From Takakia lepidozioides (Eukaryota > Plantae > Bryophyta), in the NCBI GenBank assembly GCA_030704615.1, contig CM060732.1, positions 65,658,001-65,722,000 on the forward strand: DNA of 64,000 nt, written 5' to 3'. A program made the translations under genes and the position numbers. The first letter of the stretch is position 1. The number at the start of each line of letters is the position of its first letter. Under the pieces are notes generated by a model. That model saw only the letters and a program-made list of their open reading frames with translations. It did no database searches and had not been told where the DNA came from. Positions 33,045 through 45,707 of the stretch are shown one piece after another.

Positions 33045-36000
33045 CACTACAACAAATTGCGGCTTTTACGTCTCTGTGTTATGACTGCAAATGCAGTCAT
33101 GGAAGCCATTTACGACTTCCTGACTCTGCAGACGTAAAGACCTAGTCAGTTGTGACATGGCAGATATGACTCTCCAGGCTGGCTGTCACGTGGCGCCAGA
33201 GCAGCTGTGGGGGTAGTCATACACGCTGGCTTTACTGAATGACTGAACGGACAGTGTAGTCCATGTCAGCGGCTGTGCAAGAGTGGCACGTGCTCGATGC
33301 AGGAAATGACACGTGGCAGAGTGTTTAGCTCTCCATGACTGCGAACTATGACTACGGGTGTGCTAATCCGGTTGCAACACGTGGCGCGTTGCAGTTTTTA
33401 CACGTGGTCCATCAGCAGATTGACATGTGTCATGATGGGTGTTTTTTGGGGTGTATTGCTATTTTTTTACATATTTGTATTTTTGCCACGTGGTGTAGTA
33501 CTATTGGAGAGTGAAAATAGATGTAGTCATTATTATGACTATGATAGCAGTCATGTACATGTCTATTACAACAATGAAATATAATATATAATACAAAGAG
33601 AACAAGGCAGCAAGACATAACTGCAACAAGCTGAGCAAAACCAAGAGATTGCATACCATCTCTATTTACCAATCTATTTATCATTATCATTTTTGTTGCG
33701 ATCTAAAAATACATTAAATAGTCGCATGTTCTCATGTGAATTATTTTGTCTAACTATAACACTTTGAAAAGTGTTCACCCAGAATCTTCTAACTACTCAT
33801 GTATTCCATCAATCTGCAACCCATCAAAAACGGCTTGCATGGCTTTAAGAATTACTACAGCAAGGACATTTGTTTGTTTTCCAAGTTCTTGCATAAGATG
33901 CACCAACCAATATTGCATTGTGAGACACTCACTCGCTATACTCCAAAGCGTCCAAGGTAGGTCACTGAGCAACCTGCCAAGGCGGAAACAATTAAGAGAA
34001 TTATCTAATACCATATATGAAAAACCAATGCCAGTGTTGTTTATGGTAACTTCTATCCCATGTCCTAAACAAACCAAAGCAAAAAGGTTGGTGTGTATTG
34101 GCGAAGTCGTCAGATACTTCACAAAGAAACATGCACTAAAAATGAAACCCAGGATGATAGGAAGGTCACTCACGTTTATACAAAGACATCTTGCCCATTG
34201 CCCAGCACCCTGCGTCACCCACACTCTATCTCTATTCCTTCAGCTATCTATGCCTCTGCACAAATCAAGCATTCATCCTTGCCTTGCTGCTAGCAGCTGA
34301 CAATGACAGCCTACATTTGTTCTAGGAAACACCCAACTCAGCGTAGCACACTAGTTCCTATGCTGAATTGCGTCTGCTACTCTCTGAAATGTAGCAGGCA
34401 TTCACCTTTCTGCCCCGGTTGACCCATCAGTGACTGGGCTCAGATAAGTATTCATTCCACAGCTTCTCCTCATCTCTGTTACCTATTTTTTGACACTTTC
34501 CTGTTGTCACATTGGCAATATCATGTCAAAGTCACTCCAAACTAGATTCACTCAACCAGCTAACTTGCAGAATTGAACATGTAAATTTAGGGCCGATTCT
34601 GATAAGAGGGAAAAACAGGGTGAAATGTGTTGAAGAAGATGCCTTCATTAGCAGTGCCTGATTTAATCACTTGTGCCGCTGCTCCCAGTTGACCATCTAT
34701 CCATGCAGGTTTCTTGTAGCTATTGATCCACAGGGAATCACAGGTAATCTTGTGCTTGAAATCTGGCCTTCTTGGATGAATCTGGACCCACACGAAATCC
34801 CTGCTCCTTCAGCTATCCATGCCTCTGCACAAATCATGCATACATCCTCACCTTGCTGCTAGCAGCTGACAATGACAGCCTAGAATTGTCAAAGCAAACA
34901 CTAGCAGGGAAAACAGGGTGAAATATGTTGAAGAAGGTACCTTCATCCTTTTCTCCATCATTTGCTTTCAGGTGTCCAAAGCCCCATCCCGCGCTCCTGC
35001 TCTGCACACCCTTCAAGCATCGCATTCCACGACACCACATCTAGTTCAGCCATAGTGTTGAACACTCCCTTGGCATCCTCAATGCTCCCACATTTAGCAT
35101 ACATGGCCACTAGAGCCATGTTCAGGATGACATCTGGTACAATTGCAGATTTGATGATGTCACCAGGGATCTCTTTGTCCTTTTCCAGGGCTGCAGACGC
35201 ACTGCAAACGCACACAAACGTTATGTCGGCGGCCTTCACCCCTTCCCCCATCATTTTCTCAAAGGTTGGAGCCTCCATCCCGCACCCCAGCTGTGCATAC
35301 CCAGCAATCATCGCACTCCACGACACCACATCTCGTTCAGCCACAGTGTTGAACACTCTCTTTGCATCCTCAATGCACCCACAATTGGCATCCATGTCCA
35401 CCAGGGCAGGGGCAGTGTTCAAAAGGACATGTGGTAATTTGACAGGCATTCACCTCCTGACTTGGCTATTCCCAACCCATCCTGCCATTGGCAAGAGATT
35501 CCACAGAAACTGATAGTTGTCTGTTTGACTGTATAACTATGTATCTCTTGCTTTCTTACAGCTTATACTGTGACACGCGTAATGCTCTTGTTGTGTTGAA
35601 TCATTTCACGCCTTCAGGTTTCAGAACAAACATTACCGTCTTTCTTTATCAGACATGTGCACCAAGACAAAATCTCACCAAAAGATTGTTGGTGTTCAAC
35701 AGTACCATACATGAAGATAACTAGCACCAAAAGGGCATATGAAGCTTATTCTGCTCTCCACTGGTATTAACTTGCACCAGGACTTTCAATGGCTGTCTTC
35801 CAGTCCACCCACGGCCCGCTGTAAATGGCTTGCAACCTACAGATTTTCAAGAGAGCTGATTACCATGAAAATTTCAAAACTGGCTTTACAAACCTAATAA
35901 TTCAAGCATAATCAGCATTCAAGCTAAGGAAGCTTTACAAGCATCGTGTTGCGAGTAAAGCCTTGGCAATGTCACCAGGAAATCCCTGGCTGAATGGATG

Positions 36001-36182
36001 ACACTGAAATAATGGAGCTTGAAATCCGGCCCTCTTGGACGAATTTGGGCCCACACTCTATCCCTGCTCCTTCAGCTATCTATGCATACATCCTTGCCTT
36101 CCTGCTAGCAGCTGACAATGACAGCCTAGAATTGTTCCAGCAAACACCCCCAACCCTACTTATCAACGAGCAATGAGCTAAC
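33045..36182. mobile_element. Pack-CACTA copy 2 (left ~3.1 kb; interrupted by an LTR element)
   Basis: Starts CACTACAACAAATTGCGG and is near-identical to 4642-7792 up to ...CAATGAGCTAAC. Confidence 0.92.
34980..35410 (-). pseudogene. Captured PLS-class PPR fragment inside CACTA copy 2
   Basis: ORF 34958-35449 is almost identical to ORF 6538-7029. Confidence 0.85.
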
Positions 36183-37599
36183 TGTCGCGCGGCTTTTACT
36201 CACCCATCCCTTCGCTATCCGAGGCGGAAACTCCAAGATAGAAGAGTTGGAAATCTCTAAGTACTCAGCCCGCGCAGAACAATCAGTCATGACCTACAGT
36301 TAGTGTATCATGGGGGTGTTTCCTATTTGTTTCCTTTTCCGCATTCATCTTAGCTACCTTACCATTGATAATTAAGTATCAGTTTGCTTCATCAATTTAT
36401 CGGTTTCCTTCACTCCTCCATTCAATCCACAGCTTCACTCAGATCTCTCTACACAGTGTGATTGTATCGTATAAGTATCAGATTATGATTTATCAGGTAT
36501 CAGGCCGAAGCCATTGTGTCTCTATTCTCCTCTACAATATCCCTACAGTTTTGCATATAACAAGCATCTACTAATCCTCTTTCCTCCTTCATCGTGCTCA
36601 CCGACTTCCGCTCCCGCCTGACTCCGAAGTCCTCCCCGAATAATGATAATAATGATCCCCTCATCATTCCCCGTTCTTCCCTTTATCCTCCTATCCGCGG
36701 TTCTAACCGTTTCCCTCTCTAACCGTCGTATGTGAACTAACATGTTCCCTTCACTGGTGTTGTTCCCCACAGTCGTTCCCTGTCCTACTCTTCGTTCCCT
36801 ATTATCGTGACAGCTGTGTCAAGCGGTGACTGGCTGTGTTTGGCTGTGTCGGGCTGTGACTGGCTGTGTGGGCTGTGTCTGCTGTGACGACTGTGACGGG
36901 CTGTGTGGGCTGTGTGGGCTGTGACGACTGTGACGGCTGTGTTGGCTGTGTGGGCTGTGACGGCTGTGTGGGCTGTGACTGCTGTGTCGGCTGTGTGGGC
37001 TATGTAACCCCCCTCTACAGTGCGCTGCTGTCACCCCTAAGGTTCCTGTTTGTCTCAGTCTGTGCAAAAATTAAGGGTACCCTACAGATCCCGTATAAGT
37101 GTCTAAGTCCCCTACAGTCCTCTAACATTACCCTTCCCCCCTCAAAAAGCCGTGTCCTCACGGTTTACTGTTTCCGAGTAGCAAACCTTTGTGAGTGAGC
37201 ACCTTGTTGACGTTGAGAGTTTCGTGGTGGGCTGTGTGTACGAGCCCGAGGTCTGTCTCTGGTTGATGGAGATGGTTGATCACTACCTGGATAAGTGAGG
37301 CCTTCTGGAGGCTGATATCGAGGTAATCTTTCCGGCATAGGAGATCCCCTTTGTTTCTTCTCTTCCATCTGAATTGCATAGTCTTCTCCCATGTCAAAAG
37401 AATTCTGTGAAGAAATAGTTGTATCAGAATCCTCATCGCCTCTCAGGTGTTTTAATTTTCGAACTTTTTGTGGAATCATCTTGGGCATACAATGTTGTCC
37501 TACCATGTCTGGAAGTTTGCATTTTACGACCTGGTGTAACCGTTGAACAGCAAAATTGGTGTAGACCCTGAGCTCCTTGTCTGTCCAAATGAGTGGGGT
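36183..37599 (-). mobile_element. 3' end of an LTR retrotransposon (3' LTR 36183-37127, PPT, end of an ORF), running into the gap
   Basis: TGTCGCG... begins exactly where CACTA homology stops and ...TCTAACA ends at 37127. It is followed by TTACCCTTCCCCCCTC (minus-strand PPT GAGGGGGGAAGGG). The minus-strand ORF ends at 37165. Confidence 0.75.
36808..37003. repeat. GGCTGTGTG/GCTGTGAC tandem repeat inside the LTR
   Basis: About 20 degenerate 9-10-bp units. Confidence 0.85.
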
Positions 37600-38099
37600 N
37601 NNNNNNNNNNNNNNNNNNNNNNNNNNNNNNNNNNNNNNNNNNNNNNNNNNNNNNNNNNNNNNNNNNNNNNNNNNNNNNNNNNNNNNNNNNNNNNNNNNNN
37701 NNNNNNNNNNNNNNNNNNNNNNNNNNNNNNNNNNNNNNNNNNNNNNNNNNNNNNNNNNNNNNNNNNNNNNNNNNNNNNNNNNNNNNNNNNNNNNNNNNNN
37801 NNNNNNNNNNNNNNNNNNNNNNNNNNNNNNNNNNNNNNNNNNNNNNNNNNNNNNNNNNNNNNNNNNNNNNNNNNNNNNNNNNNNNNNNNNNNNNNNNNNN
37901 NNNNNNNNNNNNNNNNNNNNNNNNNNNNNNNNNNNNNNNNNNNNNNNNNNNNNNNNNNNNNNNNNNNNNNNNNNNNNNNNNNNNNNNNNNNNNNNNNNNN
38001 NNNNNNNNNNNNNNNNNNNNNNNNNNNNNNNNNNNNNNNNNNNNNNNNNNNNNNNNNNNNNNNNNNNNNNNNNNNNNNNNNNNNNNNNNNNNNNNNNNN
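37600..38099. other. Assembly gap (500 N)
   Basis: Run of N. Confidence 1.
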
Positions 38100-39510
38100 A
38101 GTAGAGAGTGCGTCCTGGTCGATACAGAGTACTTGGAGAGCCTCGGCGAAAGTCCCTTGGGTCATATGTGACGCCCGAGACTGTTGCTTCGGTCGTTGAA
38201 GACAAGAGGGAGGTGGTGGTGAAAAAAGAACAGACGTCCTCCACTCCAATCGTTGAGCTTTCCGATTTGTCCGATGAGAGGCTACATAGACAGCATTTTG
38301 GAATTGAAACGAGTGAGCAAGTATGATTACATCCAGGACGATGTATTCCCAGGTCAAGGTGCCATCAAAGTTTTTCTTTTCAAAATGTCGACTGTTGGGG
38401 AGGGCAGTGGGGTTAGCCTCGTGAAGCAGGATCAGAAGACTGGGGACTTGCAGAACTGTTTTCTTATGTTTGATCATGTGAAACGAGTGAAGGATTGGAC
38501 AACAATGGCTTTACGATCCAGTGTACCAACGAGTTATGACAATTGCAGTTTGTGACATGCAATCCGAGGATACGGAATCCCAGAAGCTCATGTGGAATTC
38601 CCTGATACGTGTCATGGGCTGCCATCTCCAAATTTTGCAGGTTTCATGGCGGATAGTGCTCAAGCAAATTTCAATGCTGTTCGTATTGTCTTCGGATCAG
38701 ACGACCCAAAAGTGCCTATGCCAGGAAGAGAGCGTATATGTCTATTCCATTGGACACAATCTCTGGAAAAACATACAAAGTCGGACATCAAACCAGAGAT
38801 GCAGACTCAGCACCATAAATTGTGCAAACAGTACAAAGATGCTAGAACAATGAAGGAGGCGGACACTTTGTTCCAGACAATTCGTGCCTGGTGGTTTTCT
38901 TCTGGAGCTGCATCACTTGGGAGTATGAGAGCATTGGAAGATTGGCTGGCGTTTTGGCACTTCCGGTATAGACAGTGGGGAGCAGCCATGCCATTGGTAC
39001 GAGGCTTATATTTATTGCTTTTATTCATACATTTGCTTTCCATTTTATTGTGTCCTCGCTTTCTTTATGTTGTTTTCTGTTCACTGTTTTGAAGTGTGGT
39101 TCTGCACTTTGCAGAACATGTCCATTGAGGAAATGGCGGACATGCCATCTTGCAATTTGGCAGAAACTGTGCACAACGCATGGTTGCAGCAGTCTGGGAA
39201 ACGAGGTCGGGATTTGTATGTGGCAACAACAGATGATTTGGTACGTGCCTTGCAACAACAAACCCGATACCGTGATTTCTTACGAGGTGGGGTTGGTGGC
39301 AAGGGTCCGGACAAATGGGAGTTGATGTTGCGTGCTGCAAACAGATCTGGGGATCCAATCAAGATAGAACGGGCGGTGAGCATGTATGCCCAGGGAACGC
39401 CACTTGTTTCTAGAGTTCCACATCTTGAAGGGAGGAGAGATTCGGCTCATGTAAGAGGAAATTGAACACTCCATTTGGTTCGGATTCAGATTCCCACAGG
39501 GTAGACCGTG

Positions 39511-40232
39511 TGTCGCGGCCCTTTGCCTTGAGGGCAGGGGGTCGGGACACATGAGGGCTGCCCCTGTGGTGGGGCAGCGGCAGCGATAGATATGGGGGCT
39601 GAAGCACCCTTGAGTGCCCCAGGCACTCAAGGAGGCGGAGGCGCTCACTAGGTGGAGCCCCGCACACCGGGTTGCGGTGGGGGTGGCTCCATAAGGGGTG
39701 GTGGTAGCTTAGCGGGACTTAGTGGGGGTGGCATAGGACTCACCATGGGGGCGGAGACCTCGTGGTGGGAGTCGTGGGGAGTCTTGGGACTCATCACGGT
39801 CCATAGGGGCCGTGGTGAGTGGGCCAAGACTCACCGCGACTCATCACCGGGAGTCGAGGGTTTTCGTGGTAGTTCGCCATAAAATGGCATGGCTGGTTGT
39901 GAAACCCCCGCGGACAGCTACAAAAGTATATATAAGGGGAGTAGTGACCCTGAGAACGGTGCAAGCCCGTTGGTGACCAAAAACTAGTGAGTAAGCGAGC
40001 GAGCCGGAAAGCGACCAAAGAATGGGGAGCTGTTCCGGACTGCCATCTACCAAAGGGAATTCCACCAGCCCAAATAGGTGGAGGGTTTAGTGGGGAGCGA
40101 AGGGGGACTGTTATGTCCCGGTGAGCAGCCGAAGCTCCAAGTTGGCCCGGGGCCAGGTTGGGAGTCAGACGCGCGCATCAAAGCGAGTAATTATGACTTG
40201 AAGGGGAGCTTATCGAAGTGAGGTGCGCGACA
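39511..40232 (+). repeat. 5' LTR
   Basis: TGTCGCGG...GCGCGACA; ~98% similar to the 3' LTR by eye. Confidence 0.95.
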
Positions 40233-40234
40233 CT

Positions 40235-40246
40235 TGGTATCAGAGC
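40235..40246 (+). promoter_or_regulatory. Primer-binding site (initiator tRNA-Met)
   Basis: TGGTATCAGAGC, 2 nt after the 5' LTR. Confidence 0.92.
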
Positions 40247-40327
40247 TTAGAGTTCAGTACGCGATCGTCCTTGGGATTGGCCTCATCATGGGGTCGGGCA
40301 AGCCAAAGTGAAAGAACGGCCCAAAAG

Positions 40328-43300
40328 ATGATCCCAGGTGAGCCCGATGGGGGCGACGTGTCACCGAAGCGGCCGTTTGAGGAAGCGACGCAGGTTTCTG
40401 AAAACGAGGCCGCTCAAGAGCAGGAGGAATCCGAGAAGTCGGAGCCCGAGGAATCCCTGAGAGCTCCGACAGACCAACAGATGCCTCCCATGCCGACAGC
40501 TTTTTGGGAAGGGTTGTTGGCGCAGTTTGGCGGGACGTTGAAAGACGTGTTGAAGGTGGCTAATGCCACTTCCGCTAAGGCAAAGTTTAAGGTGAAGCCT
40601 AAGGAACCCGGCACCTTCGAGGGCGTCCGAAATCGGAAGGCACTCAACACCTGGCTCTTGGAGCTAGAGCAGTACTTCCGGGCGGCCAAGTTGAGTGACA
40701 AGGATCGGTGGAAGTGGCTCCCACCTATTTGAGGGGCTATGCTCAACAATGGTGGCAGAAACGCCTTCACGACCGAGGTCCAAGTCCGGAAACCTTGAAC
40801 TGGAGTGGGTTCAAGGAATTGATGAAGCGACAGTTTGTGCCCCTCAACGCGTCCTGGCTTGCCCGGGACAAGATGAGGAATTTGAAGCAAACAGATGACA
40901 TTCGGGGATATGTCCAGGCTTTCAATGTGTTTTGCTCGAAGTCGCGGATATGGCGAACCAGAAATGGTCTTCAACTTTGTGGCGGGTTGGCCCCATGGGC
41001 CAGTCGGAAGTTGGAGGAGAAGCCACCTAAGACTTTGAACGAGGCAATTGAGAGGGCTGAATGTTTCTCAGATGTCCCTAGGGGTGAAAGACAAGACCGT
41101 ACGGAGCTGAACCACAAGAAGACCCGGCGGGAAGGTGACTCTTTCCGACCGGAAAAGAAGTGGGATAGGCCACGCGGCGACAATGGCACGTGGAAATCGA
41201 AGGGAGGGCCTTCACACGTCAAGGCGGCACCCAGTGCTTCGAAAGGAAAAGCGGGTGGAGCGGCTTATGGCGGACAGAAGGCGACCTTTGATGGAGTGTG
41301 TTTCAATTGCGGAGAGCTCGGGCACATGGCCAGGAAGTGCACGAAACCCCGACAATTGAACATGACTCGGGCAACCACGGAGCTGTCGGAAGATACCATC
41401 AGTCGCTTGGTGGAAGCGGTGGTCGCCAGGACTTGCAAGGTAGGCAAATTTCTTGTGAGTTGTATCAGGAAACTGGCGCATTGCGTAAAGGGAGTCACTT
41501 ATTGTTCGTGGATGGGATAATATCCGGAACTAACGTGTCATTGTTGGTGGACACAGGAGCGTCGCACTCCTTCATGACACCGGCAACGGCACAAAAGCTG
41601 GGACTCCCGACAACTGACGTAGGGGCCTTTATTGAGGTGCATTCTGCTAAAGGAGAACCGCAATTGGCGACGAGGTTGGCGTTCGATGTTCCTCTTCAAC
41701 TGGGGAGTTGGGAGGGACGTGAGAACTTCACCGTCTGCGAGATCGATGGAGTGGATCTCATTTTGGGATGACCTTTTTGAGCAAATCCGGAGCGGTCATA
41801 GATGGCCGCAAGAGGGTAGTCACGCTGCCATGTTGGAATGGTGGCGAGGTCTTACGAGTTTCGGAAACGCCCAAGCCCGTGGGAGGGCGAATAAACCTCC
41901 TGTCAGCAAAGGAGTGGGCCGTGGAGGAGGCACACGAACCCCAGTTTTTGCTCTACATTAGAGAAGTGAAGGGAGAAGGCGATGGAGAGCCGAGCCCAGA
42001 TTGGATCAAGGGGATTTTGGAGAAATACCATGATGTGATGCCGGAGGATTTGCCAAGCGGCTTGCCACCGCGAAGAGGAGTGGACCACAAGATTGAGGTG
42101 ATACCGGGATCAGAACCGCCTGCCAAGGCGCCCTACCGGTTGAGCCACATAGAGTTGGTCGAGCTGAAGACTCAGCTCAAGGATCTAATGTCAAAGGGGT
42201 ACATCCGCCCAAGTAAGTCACCCTACGGAGCCCCGGTGCTATTTGCAGACAAGAAGGATGGGACGCTACAGATGTGTGTCGATTACAGGGCTCTGAATAA
42301 GGTGACTATCAAAAACCGGTACCCTTTGCCAAGGATCGACGACCTCTTCGATCGGTTGGCAGGAGCGAAGTATTTCAGCCGGATCGACTTGCGCTCCGGC
42401 TATCATCAAATTCGGGTGGCGGAAGAAGATGAGGAGAAGACCGCGTGCAGGACAAGGTATGGTTCATATGAGTTCTTGGTGATGCCTTTTGGGCTCACCA
42501 ATGCACCAGCAACATTTAGCACACTGATGAACAGCCTTTTCCAGGAGTGGTTGGATAACTTTGTGATCGTGTACATCGACGACATCTTGGTGTATTCGAA
42601 AACAAAGGAGGAGCACCTGGAGCACCTCAAAAGGGTGTTCCAGAAATTGCGGGAAGGGAAGCTGTATGCCAAAGCTTCAAAGTGCAAATTCGGGGTTACA
42701 AAAGTGGAGTTCGTGGGGCATGTGATTACACAGGATGGGATCAGAATGGATGACAGGAAGGTGAGGGCAATTTTGGACTGGGAGCCTCCGACTTCGGTCC
42801 CGGGAGTGCGATCCTTCCTAGGACTCGCCTCCTATTACCGGAAGTATGTGAGAAATTTTGCCAAGATTGTGGGGCCGTTGTTAGACCTTCTATGTAAATC
42901 TAAAGTCTGGGCACGGAACACCTTTTGCGGCCAAGCTTTTGCTGAATTGAAGCAGCGGATGGCGGAAGCTCCAGTCTTGAAAATCCCGGAGTTCGATCGT
43001 CCGTTCGAGATACATACAGATGCGTCGGACTTCGCGATTGGAGGTGTACTGATGCAAGATGGACGTCCAGTGGCTTACGAAAGTAAGAAACTGAATGAAG
43101 TGGAGCGATGGTGGCCGACGCACGAGAAGGAGATGAAGGCGGTGGTGCACTGTCTTGAGCTTTGGCGCCACTATGTTGGTTCCAACCCAGTGAAGGTGTT
43201 CACGGACAATGTCACGGTGAAGTATTTTGCCACGCAGCCCAAGTTGTCCCCAAAACAACTTAGGTGGCAAGATACTTTGGCAGTGTTCGACGTGGATATC

Positions 43301-44832
43301 CAGTATAAATCGGGACGAGACAACGTGGTGGCCGATGCTTTAAGTAGAAAGCAGCAGCTCTTGTTGGTGTACAAGGGCGAGACGGCGCTCCAAAGGAAGT
43401 TCCGAAAGGCTTGCCGGAATGATGAGCTGGCGAAGTCCGTGATGCAGGACTTGAGGATGGGGGTTAAATCGCAGTTCCACTTGCAAAATGGACTGCTCCG
43501 GTATAAGCAAAAGCGTCTCTACGTGCCAAAGGGAGGGATCAGAGATAGCCTCTTGAGATAATGCCATGATAGCCCGCTTGCGGGCCACGGCGGAGCCAAG
43601 TGCACTGCGGCACTCCTGAAGAAAGAGTATTTCTGGCCCAAACTGAGGAGGAGGCAGAGGAGTATGTCAAGACATGCACCACATGCCAACAAAACCGGAG
43701 CGAGTACAAAGCAAGCGGGGCTGTTACAACCCTTGCCGATTCCAGATGGGACTTGGGAAGCGTCTCGATGGATTTCATGACTGCTATGCCGCTGTCAAAA
43801 GGATTCGATGCAATCATGGTGGTGGTGGATAGGTTCAGTAAAATGGGCCATTTCATCCCCACCAAGGAGACGGCAACGGCGCAGGAGACAGGGCGACTTT
43901 ACTTCGCCCACGTCTTAAAGCATCATGGAGTCCCGAAGGATATTGTCTCGGACCGCGATCCAAAGTTTACGAGTAAATTTTGGAGGGCACTTTGGAAGAA
44001 GATGGGGACGAGGCTGAAGATGAGCACCGCCTTTCGACCTACGACCGACGGCCAAACAGAAAGAGTGAATTCCGTAGTGAAGCAGATCTTGCGGAATTAC
44101 GTGTCGGCAGACCAAACAGACTGGGTGGAACACTTAGACGCGGCAGAGTTCTGTTATAATAACATAGAACACTCCGCAACGGGAGTTTTCCCTTTCGTAT
44201 TGGTCTATGGAAAAGCACCTCTGGTGCCGACAAGTTGGGCCGCCCAGGACGTTGAGGAACCGGCAGTAGCGGCGGTACTGGAAGAACGCGAGCGTTTGTT
44301 GAAGCTCGCAAAGTACAACATTGCCAAAGCTAGGAAACGGTATGAAAGGCAGGCGAATCGGAAGCGGAGGGAAGTAAAGTTTGAGGCAGGCACGGAGGTC
44401 TGGTTGAACATCAAGAATTTCCGACTACCTCCGGAAGTGAGTCCGAAGTTCGTACCTCCGTATGCGGGACCCTTTCGCATTCGGAAGGTATGAATGAGGA
44501 TGTGTATGAATTGGAGCTGCCGGCAAACAGCAAGGTGCACCCAGTATTCCATGTCTCCCTTTTGAAGCCTTACTTCAAATGAAGCGCGTCCGAATCGGCA
44601 TCAAGTGTTGCGTCCGCCACCTATGCTGTTGGATCATGAAAATGAACCTGAGTACGAGGTGGAGGCAATACTTAAGTCGATGAGGTTCAAGAACCGAGAA
44701 ACGGAGTATCTCGTCAAATGGAAGGGCTATCATCATGTGGAGGCATCTTGGGTGCGTGCCTCAGAAATGGGAAACGCATCCGAGGCGGTTGCAGCTTTCG
44801 AAGGGCAACCTCAAAAGCGGAAGAAGCGTTGA
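40328..44832 (+). CDS. gag-pol polyprotein (frameshifted in this assembly): Gag CCHC, protease, RT, RNase H, integrase, chromodomain
   Basis: [14 protein letters not shown]; [10 protein letters not shown]; YIDDIL; [14 protein letters not shown]; SMDFMT...SDRDPKF...DGQTERVN; EYEVEAIL...YLVKWKGY...ASW. Confidence 0.9.
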
Positions 44833-45707
44833 TGGGGACATCAACCTTGGAGCGTGGGGGAGGAAATGCATGCTTAGCCCGGCTCAGCTAGCTTAGGAAT
44901 CCGATTGCAAAAACTTGTATTGTACGAAACGTGCTATAAATGAAATGGCTTCCAAATGTTGTGCGTCTTATTTTGTTTGGAATGGTGATGCATGGTATGG
45001 TTGGCTAGTGTGTAGAATGCATGCTAGCTTATATGTGTTTGCGTAGTGCCGAAATCGGGTGACCCCCATCCAAGGGACAAGGAAACTTGCGCCTTCTTTG
45101 GGAGTTCACGTGCTAGTGCGCACCTGGCGCGTGCGCATACTATAACTGCGCTACCGAGGGGGTTGCCTTGTAGTGCCGGCTAATGCGGAAGCTACGTGCT
45201 TCCGTTCACGTACTATAATCGTGTAGCCTCGGGACGAAGTCATAGTGCGGCTTCGGCGTGTTCCCGTACCTCAGGCCAGCATTCCAAGGCGGACCCAATT
45301 GTAGTGATTGGGGCACACGGTTGGTTCAAGGTTATCTTCCTAGTCAAAGAGGGTTCCAGGTGAACCTTGCTCAAGGTGATGCCAAAAGCGACATCATGAG
45401 CGATCGCAAGCAATGTTTTTGCAGTAAGGCGATTTGATCCTCGGGGAGGATCGTTCCTTGGCCTGGAAGTAGGCCAAGAAGAGTGCACTGGGAGGAGCTG
45501 GAGAGGCTCCACCCTTGGCCGGGACTTGGAGGAAGTCGGCCGAACTAGCTAGTGGAGAGTAGAGTCAAGTGTGGGGTTTGGTTCTTTGCCATGGGACGCC
45601 ATGGTGCGGAAACAAACTCCTTGATGTGGGACGCCACAACTTGGATGTTCGTTTCTACAAAATGGACAAGTCGATGAGGACATCGACTCCCTGTTGGTAG
45701 GGGTGTG

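Noticed and set aside
4642-36182. Long direct repeats (4642-7792 and 33045-36182) as LTRs of one giant retroelement
   Set aside because: They begin with CACTA, not TG. Copy 1 has its own TIR and 3-bp TSD, and the flanks differ.
37165-38477. Long ORFs spanning poly-X
   Set aside because: Artefacts of the 500-N gap; the two sides belong to different elements.
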